Of a DNA stretch of 64,000 nt, positions 1 to 12,016 are shown in pieces. Origin of the DNA: the human T2T-CHM13v2.0 reference genome, Homo sapiens; the NCBI RefSeq assembly GCF_009914755.1, contig NC_060930.1; one strand, written 5' to 3'. The notes under the pieces are model-generated. The model had not been told where the DNA came from. It ran no database searches and saw only the letters and a list, made by a program, of their open reading frames with translations. Each line of letters begins with the position of its first letter. Position 1 is the first letter of the stretch. The position numbers and the translations under genes are program-made.

Positions 1-3000
1 ATAACTTATCCTTAACTTAAAAGGGATATCTTGATATACCCCACACCACTGGATCCCTAGAAATTTTACTGAAGTGAAAGGCCCTGAATTTTAGTCAGAC
101 TTATTTCCCACCCTCTGACATGCAAATGTCTTAAAAATACATCTAGAGTAGTTAGTATCTCTCACTCACTAAGTCCATTTAGCATACTGTCATCAATGTA
201 ATGAACCAGTGTGATATCTTATGGAAGGTCATCAAGATCCCAAAAAACCAAATTATGCCATAGAGATGGACAGTTGATATACCCCTGATATACAAGGTAT
301 ATTGTTGGCCTTGCCAGCTGAAAGCAAACTTCTTCTAATGGGTCTTGTAGACAGGTAGGGAGAAAAAGTCATTCACCATATCAATAGCTGCATACCAGGT
401 ACCAGGAGATGTGTTAATTTGCTTAAGCAATAAAACCACATCTGGTACAGCAGATGTAATCAAAGTCACTACCTGGTTAAGCTTACAATAGTCTACTGTC
501 ATTCTCCAATATCCATCTGTCTTCTGCATAGGCCAAATACAAGTGTTGAATGGAGATGTGATGGGAATCATCACCCCTGCATCTTTCAAGTCCATGGTGG
601 CACTAATCTCTGCAATCCCTCCAAGAATGCAGTATTGCTTTGATTTACTATTTTCCTAGGTAGAGGCAGTTCTAATGGTTTTCACATGGTCTTTCCCATC
701 ATAATGGCCCTTACTCCATAGATCAGGAAATGGATATGGGGATTCTGCCACAGGCTAAGAACTGGGGAAATAACCACAGAAAGAGTTTAAGGACCCACCG
801 TGAGATGGACCTGAGCTACAATTCCATTGATCATCTGACTTCCAAAAGCCTCTACTCTGACTGGAGGGCCACGGAGATGTTTTGGATCTCCTGTAATCAG
901 TGTCAATTCAGAGCCAGTGACCAATAGCCCCCAAAATGTCCGATTGTTTCCTTTCCCCAATGCACAGTTACCCTGGTAAAAGGCCATAGGTCCCTTTGGG
1001 GAAGGCTGAGAGAAACATTAAGGCTATAAATTTTTAGTGGTGTGCCAGGATCCTTCCTCAAGAGATCCAGCCTGCCTTTCATTCAAAAGGTTTTGGATCT
1101 GTAAACTGGCTCAAGTCTGTGTAGGAAAGGAAAAATAATTTTCTCTCACCTTTCATGAGTTGTTAGCTGGGTCTCTCCATAACAACAACAAAAAAACAGA
1201 TTAACAAGTGAAAAACAAAACAAAAAGAAGTTTAATAACATGTATACCTTCTGTATACATGGGAGATAACCCAGATGAATGAGTAAATCTTCAGAGTAGA
1301 TCTCAAAGAAGTAGTTTAAACTTCAGATGTAAATATCATCATTTGCTGAAACAAAAAAATAAGAGTGTGGGGAAAGGCTGGTTACAACAAGGTTACAACA
1401 AGTATAGTAAACAAGGTTAAGATTTGTTTTCCAGATTTAAGTCAATGCCTTCTCCATTAAGAGTTTTTATTTAGTCATGCCTCTCCTTCTGGTGCAGCGG
1501 AGACACTTTTATATATGGAGATTCTCTTTGTGGATATAAATTTATCTTAGAAAATGATAACTTCTACTCTGTTTTCAAGGCTTCTCCTATATCTGCAGTT
1601 TCTCGAAATAGACAGCTTAAAATAGTCCTTATGCCAAAGAGGCACATTTGGGGTGGCATACTCTGATTTCCTACAGCTATATTTTGGGGTAGTGAGTCCT
1701 GAACCCCATCATCTGGGAATTGATTAGGGAGCCATGATTCTCTGTTTTTATGATTAGACTTTGTTCACTTGACCTGGAACTTTTCTGCTTATATGGATAA
1801 AGTAAGAATTTAGTAAGCTTCCTATCTATTTCACTTCTAAGAGACACCATGATTAACTAGCTGACACCCTATGTCTAAACAAGTCAGAGGGTTCTGATTG
1901 TTGCTTTGACTCTTCTGTTCATTACACTAACTATACCCACCTTGTCTTTGGCAACTGAGCGCCATCACTTGGCCCCTCTCACTCCAGGCTCCAACAACAC
2001 CAATTGCATTTGGCATTTCCAATTGAGTGACTATGGTTTCCTCTGTAAAATCTGGCCTACAGAGAAGAGGCCAGATTTCACTGAGCTCTTCAAGGATGCT
2101 GGTGGTCCCTTGCCAAGTTTATTTTTTCAAAGTATTGGTGAAAAATATGTCTTCTGGACCTCCTAGTGTGGGTGAATAGGTCTCAAATGACAAATCCACT
2201 CTAACATTCCCATCTCCCTAAGTCTTTGAATCCCTTCCTTTACATTAAACCAAGGGTGGTCAGGCATATCAATTTCCTCACAGTGAGTTACCTTTTGGTC
2301 CATGTTTCAGCCAAACAAACAGACAAACAGTTAGAGATCTTTCTAACTCACCAAGCTGCAACATAAATGTAGAATCTTGGCTTAGAGGGCCAATATAAAT
2401 AAATTTGGCCTGATCCAACTTTATGTTTTTTCCACCATTATTTCACACCTTTAATATCAATTCCCACAGATTTTCCCTGGATTTCTGCTTATATAAATTA
2501 GAAAAGTCAAGTAGTTTTATTGGAGTGTAGTGTACTTCCTCATGGGTCACACTTTGTACCTCACCTTCAAGGGCCTTCTAGGGCTTGAGTTTAATAAACG
2601 TACATAGAAATATCTTATGCAGGTCACTTCACTTCTTGGTAATAAATCTAGAAGCAAAGAGTGGTTGGCGGTGGGGAGTGGTACTGAGGAGAATCAATAT
2701 TGTTTTGCGTGGCAACTGCTTTAGGGAAGCCATTACCATTTCCTCAGGCAAGACAGGGTTAATCCCCTCAGATGGTAGTGGAAAGGCTGACACTACTATG
2801 GGTGGAGAAGCTACTTCCACTGGGGATGGGGCGACCTCTTCCACTGGCAAACTAGACTCATCAGAATTTAGAGACTCAATGTCCCCAGCTTCATCAAGAT
2901 CTTCCCACACATGCCCATCTCCACTTATGGAATCCCATTCTTTCCCAATTAATGCCCTCACTTTAACATTAGACACCCTGTGAAGGTGGGAATTCCATCT

Positions 3001-3494
3001 GCATTGTAATTCAGCCAATGGAAGGATGACGTTCTATCATTGATTTTCAGCAATTCCAGCCCTGCAGCTACAGGAAATAAGGCTCTCTTTCAGGGCATAC
3101 TTAGCTTTCAGGTCATTTATGCTGTGCATCAGCTGGGAATTCAAATCTCTGAGCTCACCCTTTTCTTTCACCACTTTGTCCAGAGACATTAGGAGCAATC
3201 AATTAATGTCACTATATTTTTTAATTTACAAAAAAATGTTTAAAAGTACTATATAGAGAGTCACTTATCTCCCTGCTTCTTATAATTGGTTGATTAAGAG
3301 TAAGCAATGCAGATATTTTGCAAAGCTCTATTAACAGTTCATGCCATGGAACTATAAGTGTTCTCTTTACGACTGGAGATCAAGTATTAGCAACTTTAAT
3401 CAGGTTAGAAAGCCAATTCTAGAAGTCCTCGACCTACCCAGAAAATTTATTCTTAAAATTCTCTTCCTCTGGAACCACTTTTGGTACCAAAATC
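1..3494 (-). mobile_element. ERVL (HERVL/ERVL-B4-like) internal region, decayed gag-pro-pol, truncated by window edge
   Basis: Minus ORF 335-595 is RT-like (SPFNTCIWPMQKTDGYWRMTVDYCKLN...WYAAIDMVNDFFS). ORF 787-987 is protease-like (LLVTGSEL, from LLDTGSEL). ORF 2629-3018 is gag-like. The internal start GATTTTGGTACC abuts the LTR at 3494. Many stops and frameshifts. Confidence 0.93.
1120..1711 (-). mobile_element. MER34-family (ERV1) solo LTR nested in the ERVL
   Basis: TG...CA termini and a 4-bp TSD TCTG (1116-1119, 1712-1715). Minus strand reads ...TATGCCACCCCAAATGTGCCTCTTTGGCATAAGG, typical of MER34. Confidence 0.8.
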
Positions 3495-4022
3495 TGTATT
3501 AGTCAGAGTTCTCTAAAGAAATGGAACCAATAGGATATATATAAAATAGAAAAGGACTCATGCAATTATGGAGGCCAAGAAGTTCCACAGTCTGCCACCT
3601 GCAAGGTGGAGAACCAGAAAAGCCAGTGTTGTAATTCAGTCTGATTCTGAAGGCCTAAGAATGGGGGCAGAAGGGTACTGTGGAGTGAGACGGTGGTATC
3701 ACAAGTCCCAGTTGAAGTCTGAAGGCCCAGGAACCAAGACTGCAAATGACCAAGAGCAGGAGAGGACAGATGTTCCAGCTCAAACAGAGAGAGAGAGAGT
3801 AAATTCATCCTTCCTTGACCTTATAGTTCTGTTTGGGCCCTCAGTGAATTAAATGATGCCCACCCATCATCTAATTGGTGAGGACGACCTTCTTATATTC
3901 AGTCTACCAATTCAAATGCTAATCTCTTCCAGAAACAGTCTCACAGACACACCCAAAAATAATGTTTTACCAGCTATCTGGGCATTCTTCAGCCCAGTCA
4001 AGTGACAAAATTAACCATCACA
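3495..4022 (-). mobile_element. MLT2 (MLT2B-like) 5' LTR of the ERVL
   Basis: tgtattagtcagagttctc...cccagtcaagtgacaaaattaaccatcaca, the reverse complement of an MLT2 LTR, directly adjoining the internal region. Confidence 0.92.
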
Positions 4023-4551
4023 AGTCCACTGTAGCAAACCTAGGCCCTACCTCTCTGATACTCTCTTGAGCTCCCCATACCCCCACCCAGAAACTATGGG
4101 TAAAAACCTGCCTTTTCCCATGGTTCCCCTAACACAACTTACCCTCCTACCCCAACATCCTCTCCTTTCTTTATTTCCAAATGAGCCTCAAGCAGATAGT
4201 ATATGGGGAGCCTTACCACGAGTTGCACGTGCACCCGGTAGTGGTATAATAGTTGGATGGCAAAAGACCTCTTCCCTCATTCCTGCTCTGGAAACTTATT
4301 GAGACCTGATACTTGAGTAAAATAGTACTGACTGCACAACAATCTTTCCAGGTAGGTACAGAGGGGTAACAGACCCCCAGGAATGTGGACCATCCTTAAG
4401 GCAAGGAACAGGCAACAGAGGCCCCTGGCCTCTGTTAATTAATGACTTTTGAAAGTCATTAATTACCATCTGCTTTGCCTAAACACAAAAATAAATACAT
4501 AAATATAGTATTTGCTTGAAATATACTTAGAGACGATACACTATTTCTTAC

Positions 4552-4602
4552 ATGTCTGCGAACAGATATCAGCACACCAGCAACTTTCTAACATTTTACT
4601 TT
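4552..4602 (-). pseudogene. Weak candidate exon of decayed minus-strand gene
   Basis: Donor CAT|gtaaga at 4551. Possible acceptors at 4587 (36 nt, KVAGVLISVRRH) or 4602 (51 nt). Poor polypyrimidine tract. Confidence 0.25.
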
Positions 4603-5171
4603 CTAAAATTGTTTTTAGGAAGTTATTATGTATGGAAGTGTGAGACTCCCTGCAATGACTTTCATTCATTCCCATTTCACTTCTCTTTTTCCAACCAATG
4701 AAGCAATAGAAGCTATTCGGTAAAAAGTGGAATAGACATACACAAGAGATTAGGCAAGGCTCTATCTAAATATTCATTACTGATAAATCAAGATATAAAT
4801 CAAGATGTTGTATACAAATGTATAAAAATATGAGGGGAGAAGGTATATTTTGCTAGGTAAGTATATGGTTGGGTAAAAAAGAGAGACAAGGTGAAATCCA
4901 AGATATTATCATTAGTATGTAAAAGCTCTGTGACTTGATTTGCATAAAAGATGCCAGACAGATTGATAGTTTCATATTCTGTCCCCTTGTCTGCAGTTAG
5001 TGAGGTTCACAAGGAGCCAAAAATACATACTCTACTACAAAGATGTGGTAGAGAGTGCCGGTGTCTACAAAAACCCATCTTCCCTTTTCCTATAATAATA
5101 GAATTATTGTTAGGTACCTGATTACCTAGGTAGCTGGCATTTCCTAAAGTCCTTTGCAATTAGATATGGCC

Positions 5172-5303
5172 TTGTTGCCCAGGCTGGTCTTGAACTCAAG
5201 TGATCCACCTTCCTCGGCCTCCCAAAGTTCTGGGATTAAGTGACCTGCCTTCCTTGGCCTCCCAAAGTGCTGGGATTGCAGGCATGACCCACTGTGCCTG
5301 GAC
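5172..5303 (-). repeat. Alu left-arm fragment with internal 40-bp tandem duplication
   Basis: ttgcccaggctggtcttgaactc...; aagtga..ccttcct.ggcctcccaaagt.ctgggatt occurs at 5198 and 5238. Confidence 0.9.
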
Positions 5304-5349
5304 AGGAGAATGGTTTTAAGCTGATATGGTGAAATATAAAGTAGCTGGC

Positions 5350-5800
5350 TGTCTTAATTTGAGTTTTCCCAGAAGCAGACCACAATGCAAAAATTTGAAG
5401 TTAGTAAATTTGGGTATTTCAGAGAATATGTTAAAGAAGCAGAAAAACTAATTGAGCAACAGAACCAATAAAGAGGACATGGGTAAAGCAGCTACCACAA
5501 GGGGCAACTGCAGCCTAATTTTGTAAGAAAACTTTGGGAAAATGGTGCAAAGAATACACCTTAGAAATTATTCCACCCAAGGGTTGAGGTACCTGTGATA
5601 TTTATGCACCAACAAAGGGGTGAGGTCATTAGTTGAGGGCTGCTCCTGGGGATATGAATTACTTAGCACTTTAGTCTATACCTACTCAGAGCTGGAAGGA
5701 AAACACTGAGGCACAGAGACGCACATACTGGCAGTTAGGGTTTCACTGGAGCACCATGAAAGGCCCAAAGAAAGTGGAATGGGCACTAACATGTCTTCTG
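5350..5800 (-). mobile_element. Old ERVL LTR (LTR16-like)
   Basis: Starts tgtcttaatttgagttttcccagaagcagacc, the reverse complement of the LTR16-type 3' end. Confidence 0.55.
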
Positions 5801-5887
5801 CAGTAGCACAATGTTTGAGCAGGGTTCAATAAAATATAGCATTAAAATAAAAAATTAAATTACTTGTTATTAAAAGGTATTGTTATT

Positions 5888-6230
5888 TCAAGACCAGCCT
5901 GGGCAATATGGCAAGACCCCATCTCTACAAAAAATACAAAAATTAGCTGGGTGGAGGCAGAGGTTGCAGTGAGCCAAGATCATACCACTGCACTCCAGCC
6001 AGGGTGAGAGAGTGAGACTCCCTCTCAAAATAAAATAAAATAAAATAAAATTAGCCAGGTGTGGTTGTGCACACTTGTGGTCCCAGCTACTCAGGACGCT
6101 GAGGTGGGAGGATTACCTGAGCCCAGGAGGTCGAGGTGACAGTGAGCCAAGATCATGCCACTGCACTCCAGCCTGGGTAACAGTGAAACCCTGTCTCAAA
6201 AACAAACAAACAAACAAACAAACAAAAAAC
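5888..6230 (+). repeat. Composite Alu: 5'-truncated AluJ-like element containing a second Alu 3' fragment
   Basis: Left-arm end, then a right-arm 3' end with (TAAAA)n tail, then a full right arm with (CAAA)n tail. Confidence 0.9.
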
Positions 6231-6264
6231 AGTATAGCCATTATTATTAGGAAGTATTAAGCTC

Positions 6265-6370
6265 TTTTAATGGATGAGGAAATTGGATTTCTCAGAAAGT
6301 AAGTAGCTTAACCAAGGTCAGTGTCAGAACTAGAATGCATACCCAGTACTATCTCACTCTGAAGTTTCTG
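6265..6370 (-). repeat. MIR fragment
   Basis: gatgaggaaattgg...agtaagtagcttaaccaaggtca, the MIR core in reverse. Confidence 0.6.
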
Positions 6371-6780
6371 CATCTTTGAAAAAAGTAGATCCTTTTAACA
6401 GAGGTGGAAGTTTTCCATTTTCTACTGTTGGAATTTTCAGTAGATGGCTATGTTGGAAGTTTTTTTATTGGAAGATACATTTCAGGGAAATTAGATAAAA
6501 TCAATCAACTCTACATTAGCCTATAATGTTTTATACAAAATAAAATACCTCTGATAACACTTTTTGTTAAGCAGAACATTTTTTATGCCTGAACAGGCAA
6601 AAAGAGGCACATTAAGGCCATTTGCTAATACAAATTTGATTAGTATTATTTAGATTAGTTAGTCAAAACCTAACTGGAACTAACTCTGTTAAATAAATCT
6701 GCTTTTTAAGATGGCCTTTATGTGTATAGATGTACATTTTATATTCATATAATTTCAGATAAGAACCCAGCTCTACTCAC

Positions 6781-6798
6781 TTCCGTATCAAGACTTGC
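6781..6798 (-). pseudogene. Candidate 18-nt microexon (ASLDTE in phase 0)
   Basis: Minus strand: tatttttttttctccag|GCAAGTCTTGATACGGAA|gtgagt. Near-consensus acceptor and donor, frame-preserving length. Confidence 0.55.
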
Positions 6799-7300
6799 CT
6801 GGAGAAAAAAAAATAGGTGAATACTTATCAAAGTATAAATAATTCACAAGGTTTAAAGTGCTGGGGAATTTCTGAATTTGAATAAAGAATTCAATCTATC
6901 TATCTAATAGAAGTTGGGTTTAAGTATTTCATAAATTAGTTAATAGATAAAATTCAGAGATATTTGATGAAACAAAGTTACTTGTCCTATGCTTTTTAAT
7001 TCTTTATAAAGAAAAGCAGGCATACAGACAGGATAGTCAAAATCTTTATCCTTATTGGATTAGCAATTTAATCCAATAAGCAATTTTTTCCATGCATTCT
7101 TTTATATTTTAAGTTAATAGTTTGGTAGGAAAAATCCTTCAAAGTTGTCACACACAAGCAATACACTGGGTTAAAATAATGATGTTGTAAATAATATGGA
7201 AGTATTACAAGGTCTTACAGGAAAAAAGCTGTCTGTTTACTCTTCACCGCCACTAGATATAATCTAAACATTACATTCCTAAAAGGATATGCAATATCAC

Positions 7301-7557
7301 TCGCATTCAGGCTAGGCAATTGCATTCCTCTCTTGGTCTTAGCTGAACTCTGCGGCATGATCTTAAGCTTTGGCTATTTGAGGTAAACGAACTCTGTGGT
7401 CACGCCTGCCTTGGCTGAAACAATCTGTCAATATGGACGGGCATGGAGGAGAATACTAAAAGCCTAAAAACTCTGATTATCTTCAGAAAATGTAACGAGT
7501 CAGTTCCTATCCTTATTGATGTCAGACTTTTATAGGGAACGTTACATCACATAAAGT
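7301..7557 (-). pseudogene. Candidate exon of decayed gene (3' boundary uncertain)
   Basis: Strong acceptor ggcttgctttctttttcag|ACTTTATG. Unique, relatively CpG-containing block with stop-interrupted frames (e.g. YSPPCPSILTDCFSQGRRDHRVRLPQIAKA*). Only a weak donor gtgata. Confidence 0.45.
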
Positions 7558-7858
7558 CTGAAAAAGAAAGCAAGCCAAAACAAACAGAGCTGCACATCAA
7601 AAAGTCTTAAGTCTCACAGCAGGCAGAGTTTAGCTACTGTAGCCATATTCATGATTTTTATTCAGACAATGGCAATAAAACAGAAACATGCACATTAGGG
7701 CTATGCACTTATCTAACTTATAAACAGAAGTATGCACACTGGAAATATGCACTTATCTAACTTAAGACCCATCTACCTCGAGAAATGTATTTGGCTTTTC
7801 ATTTGTCCAATGATCCACACATGAGATACATAAGGCTTAATTAAATAATGAAATGTAG

Positions 7859-8280
<422 letters not shown>

Positions 8281-8339
8281 TGAGGATGGCATACTGCCTG
8301 ATTGAGCTTTAAAACAAAGTTACATATCAAGTGCTTGGG

Positions 8340-8550
8340 TAATGGAATAGCAGTATTGTGATTATGTGGGTTGGTTTTTTTGAAGTTCTCATCTATTGGC
8401 AATACAAACTTAAATATTCACAGGTAAAATGATATGATCTCTTGTTACTTAAAAGTACTTCAAATACTTCAGAAAAAATAAGCTTGAAGAGTATAGATGA
8501 AACAGTGATGCGGAATATTGGTAATTACTGAAGTTGAGTGATGAGTACAT
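8340..8550 (+). repeat. Old L1M 3'-end fragment
   Basis: agtattgtgattatgt...gtatagatgaaaca...gaagttgagtgatgagtacatg resembles L1MC/ME 3' UTR. Confidence 0.55.
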
Positions 8551-8551
8551 G

Positions 8552-8760
8552 TATATGCAGGGGATTGGCTCCAGGACTGTTGAGTATACCAAAATCCACA
8601 TATACTCAAGACACACAGTCAGCCCTGTGGACCCCCTGTAAGCAAAAAGTCACCCCACATAGGCACATTTTCCATCCATTGAGATATGTGTTTAATCGAA
8701 ACAATTCCTGTATAAGTGGACCCATGCAGTTCAAACCCCTGTTGTCAAAGGATCAACTGT
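8552..8760 (+). mobile_element. MER8 (Tigger-type MITE)
   Basis: ggggattggctccaggac...gtataccaaaatcc...gtataagtggacccatgcagttcaaaccc...tcaactg|ta. Confidence 0.8.
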
Positions 8761-9038
8761 ATTATTCTCTTTTCTTTTGCATATGTTTAGAATTTCACAT
8801 AATAAAAGCATAAAACATTAAAATAACAATCATATTTTGATTTTATGCTTTCAAATCACGATGTTAGGTATTTTCTGTAATAGTATTAATTCAGCATACA
8901 TCTAAGAAGTTTTAATTACATATAGAAACTACACATTTTTCTTCAGTACATTCCAATGCTATATTAAAGTACTTAGAAAAATTAACTTTAGTAATAAGAA
9001 TATAATCTTTTTAGAAAAGTGGTATGAATGTTTATCAC

Positions 9039-9241
9039 TTTCCATATTTTTGGAAGGGATTTGCAAAGTCAGACATCCTCTGGGGTGAAGAGGAGGCCCC
9101 TCCAGAGAAATCCCAGGGAGAAGTGCATCTCACAGCGCAGTAATCCTGTATGCAAACTTTTTCCTCTTTGCATGGGAGTTCTGGCCATTTTTCTGACAGA
9201 AGATTTTTAGGCACTGTTTATTGATATACATTTTCAAGCAC
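9039..9241 (-). pseudogene. Candidate exon, RGS C-terminal-helix-like, premature TAA
   Basis: ttattgaccag|GTG CTT GAA... gives VLENVYQ*TVPKNLLSEKWPELPCKEEK...NPFQKYG: 67 codons with a single stop (9218-9220). In phase with exon 9465-9586. Weak donor gtgata. Confidence 0.6.
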
Positions 9242-9464
9242 CTGGTCAATAAGATAATTATGAATTCCTATCTTGTTTTGCAGTGTGCGAGAGAAAACTA
9301 TGTATTCATAGCAGATAAGCAATAAAATTTTATCTTAGTTTCAATAGATTTTGACAACAGAGTTTGTGGTTCTATATTAGAATTCATCCATATATGAGAA
9401 AAAGTTCTTAAAATTAAGTACTTTTATTTTTTCAGCAAAATTGGTTGCTTCATCATACACTAAC

Positions 9465-9586
9465 CTGACCGCATAGGCGTGTTCTAACATTGATAAATAG
9501 TACTTGAGCGCTACCTGGTGGCTCTCTTTCTCCACACAGCATAATTTTAGTCTGATAGTCTGACATGAGAATATCCTTGCACCAGC
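9465..9586 (-). pseudogene. Candidate exon, RGS mid-domain-like
   Basis: gccag|GC TGG TGC... gives WCKDILMSDYQTKIMLCGEREPPGSAQVLFINVRTRLCGQ|gttagt. A 223-nt intron follows to the next exon. Confidence 0.6.
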
Positions 9587-10995
9587 CTGGCACTCCAAAT
9601 GCCAAATTAAAAGAAGACATTATTTGCCAGACAAATAGATCACCTACTCAAAGACTGTAGAATCCCAAACCTCGCAACACAAAACATCCATTTTTTGAAA
9701 CATAAATAGCTCTGTTTTATTATGGTCAAATATTCTCTAATAATGCAAAAATTGAAAGGCACAAAAATAGTAGTATTGGTTATTTTTAACAACATACCAT
9801 GTTTTAACATCCCAATTGAGTATCATTAATCACTCTCCCCTCTTGGAAGAAGTATGAGATTTGGAATTAGAAAACCAGGTATTAGATGTTTAATGTCATC
9901 TTTGAGCCATTGGAGAAAATTGTCCCATTCTGAGTGGAAGAAAATATTTTTAAAATATTCACTTTCTTTGTTCCCCATACTTTCTTGTATCCTCCCCCAA
10001 ATCAGCAAGAAAATTGTTAAGTCAAGAGAACAAGAAAGAAACGGTCAATATTCAATGTGGTTTTTTTAATGACATTTAAAAAAGCTCCCTAGGGGAACAG
10101 TATATAAAGTTTACACCGTATCAATTCATTGGAAGAATAATAGAAGGCACCAATAAACTCTTATCTCTGCCCATGAAAAAGAAAATGAGGATCATCAGGA
10201 CTACAAAGGAGGTGGCAAGCAAAGTCAGGATCCAGAGGTGACCAGCACCCCAGTGCTCAAAATTATAGTTTGCAGAATTCCTTCTGTTGAATAACAGGCT
10301 TTCATCTTTCTCATTTGCAAATCAGAAATTTTAATAGAAAATATAGGACATACCATCTTGTCACATTAATGCTTTCTATTTCTGAAGCTCCAATCTTTCT
10401 CCTGACCCATCTCATCTGACCAAAATTTCTAAGTACCTACACCACAATTGGCCTGAAAGTACATTTCTTCATTTTGCACCACATACTCCTTCCCATCCAT
10501 CAGCCACAACTCACTATGTCTTCCTCCTCTCAAAGTCGTATTCATCCTCCAAATGCTAATTTAAACCATGCATGTTCCATGAGTCCAAATATTACTAGCC
10601 TGAGAGAATCTTTCCATCTCCTACATACCCACCCAGCCCAGAACCACATGGAGTGAGACAGAGGCAGATTCCCAGAGAAGAAAGGAGTGGGGAAAAAAAG
10701 CTAGGCAGACAAAAACAAGAAGTCACCATTACAGTTACAATAGGAACAAATTATAAAAGTAAAAATACACACAAACCATTCAGGGAAGTGCACAAAGTTG
10801 ATTCTGCTGGGGGCTTTAGGGAATAGTGAGAGGAAAGATACTTGGGGCTAGAATGTGGAAGTTAGTGAAATGATGGGCCGAAGAAAGTGGTACTTAATTA
10901 GGCAGAAAGTGAAGAGCCAATGACTTTTCTTTTAAAAACACAATGGCATAATTTAATCTGGGTTGTAGGAAGATTTATCAGTCATCAGTGTGTAA

Positions 10996-11183
10996 CAATG
11001 TTTTTCAAAGTGTGGTCCTCGGCTGACCAGTATCAGAAATCACATGGGTACTTTGTTAAAAACTGCAAATTCCTACATCCCACCTAAATTTACCAAATAA
11101 GAATCTCTGAAGTTGGGCCATGGGTATCCGCATTTTAAGCAGGCATTATAGGTGGTATTTCTACATTCTAAAAAGCTGAGAAC
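10996..11183. mobile_element. MER5A (hAT-Charlie MITE)
   Basis: caatgtttttcaaagtgtggtcc...ttgttaaaaactgcaaattcc...gaatctctg...gcattttaa...tgagaac. Confidence 0.8.
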
Positions 11184-11449
11184 AAATAAGGTAGCATTTT
11201 AATAGGAAAAAAGATTTTAACAGTAAACCTACACAATGACTTTAAGTGGAAGGTCATTGAAAACCTTCCACTTAATCCTCATGCATTTTGTCTATCACTA
11301 ACTGTGTGATTGGGTAATAATTTAGCTGCTCTGAGCCACAGTTACTCAGGCTATAAAAAAGTAAAGTTTGAACTAATTAATCTTCCAAGCCTTTTTAAAC
11401 ATTGCAACATCATGATTTTTCAATCCTTCTTGAACTATTTCTACACCAA

Positions 11450-12016
11450 TGTGTAATAAGGAGTTAGCTCAACAGGCTTTGGCTGCTCAAACTGCACAAT
11501 CCAAAAAAAGGAATGGCTCTTGACCTGGTCCTGGGAGAGAACTTCTGAGTCCTTGCAATATCCTGCCTGATAAGAATGCGTTTGCGTGCCTCATACCTTG
11601 AGCCATTCTGTATTGGAGCCATTGCATGCCTCCAGCCTTTAGGGGGCTGGAGATTGAGTAGCTAAGGTCAATCACATGGGCACTACATATCTATGTGACT
11701 GACCCCCCCAAAAAAGTCCTGGATACTAAGCCTTAAGGGAACTTCTCTGGTTCACAATACTCCACACATATTGTCACAGGTCATTACTGAGCGAATTAAG
11801 CGCATCCCCCCTGCAACTTCACTGCTAGACAACACCGGGAAGCTTGTTCCCGGTTTCTCCTAGGTTTCAGCTATGCACCTTTTCCCGTTGCTCATTTTAA
11901 TCTACACTCTTTCACAGTAATAAACCATAATCGTGACTATAACAGCTTTTCTGAGTTCCATGAGTCCTTCTAGAGAATCATCAAGCCTGAGAGTTGTACT
12001 GGGAACCCCTGACACA
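11450..12016 (+). mobile_element. MER77-like solo LTR (MER21/68/77 group)
   Basis: TG...CA termini; tgtgtaataaggagttagc...atatcctgcctgataag...aataaaccataatcgtgactataacagc...gggaacccctgacaca. Confidence 0.8.

Noticed and set aside
1640-1711. Apparent doubled start of the MER34 LTR
   Set aside because: It may simply be part of the subfamily consensus, and only one TSD pair is evident.
4023-4029. agtccac after the MLT2 LTR resembling the ERVL internal 3' end (tandem provirus?)
   Set aside because: The match is only 7 bp and does not continue.
9826-10008. Minus ORF containing EWDNFLQWLKDDIKHL after a possible acceptor
   Set aside because: It looks protein-like and may belong to the fossil gene, but there is no credible donor and its place in the motif order is unclear, so it was not called.
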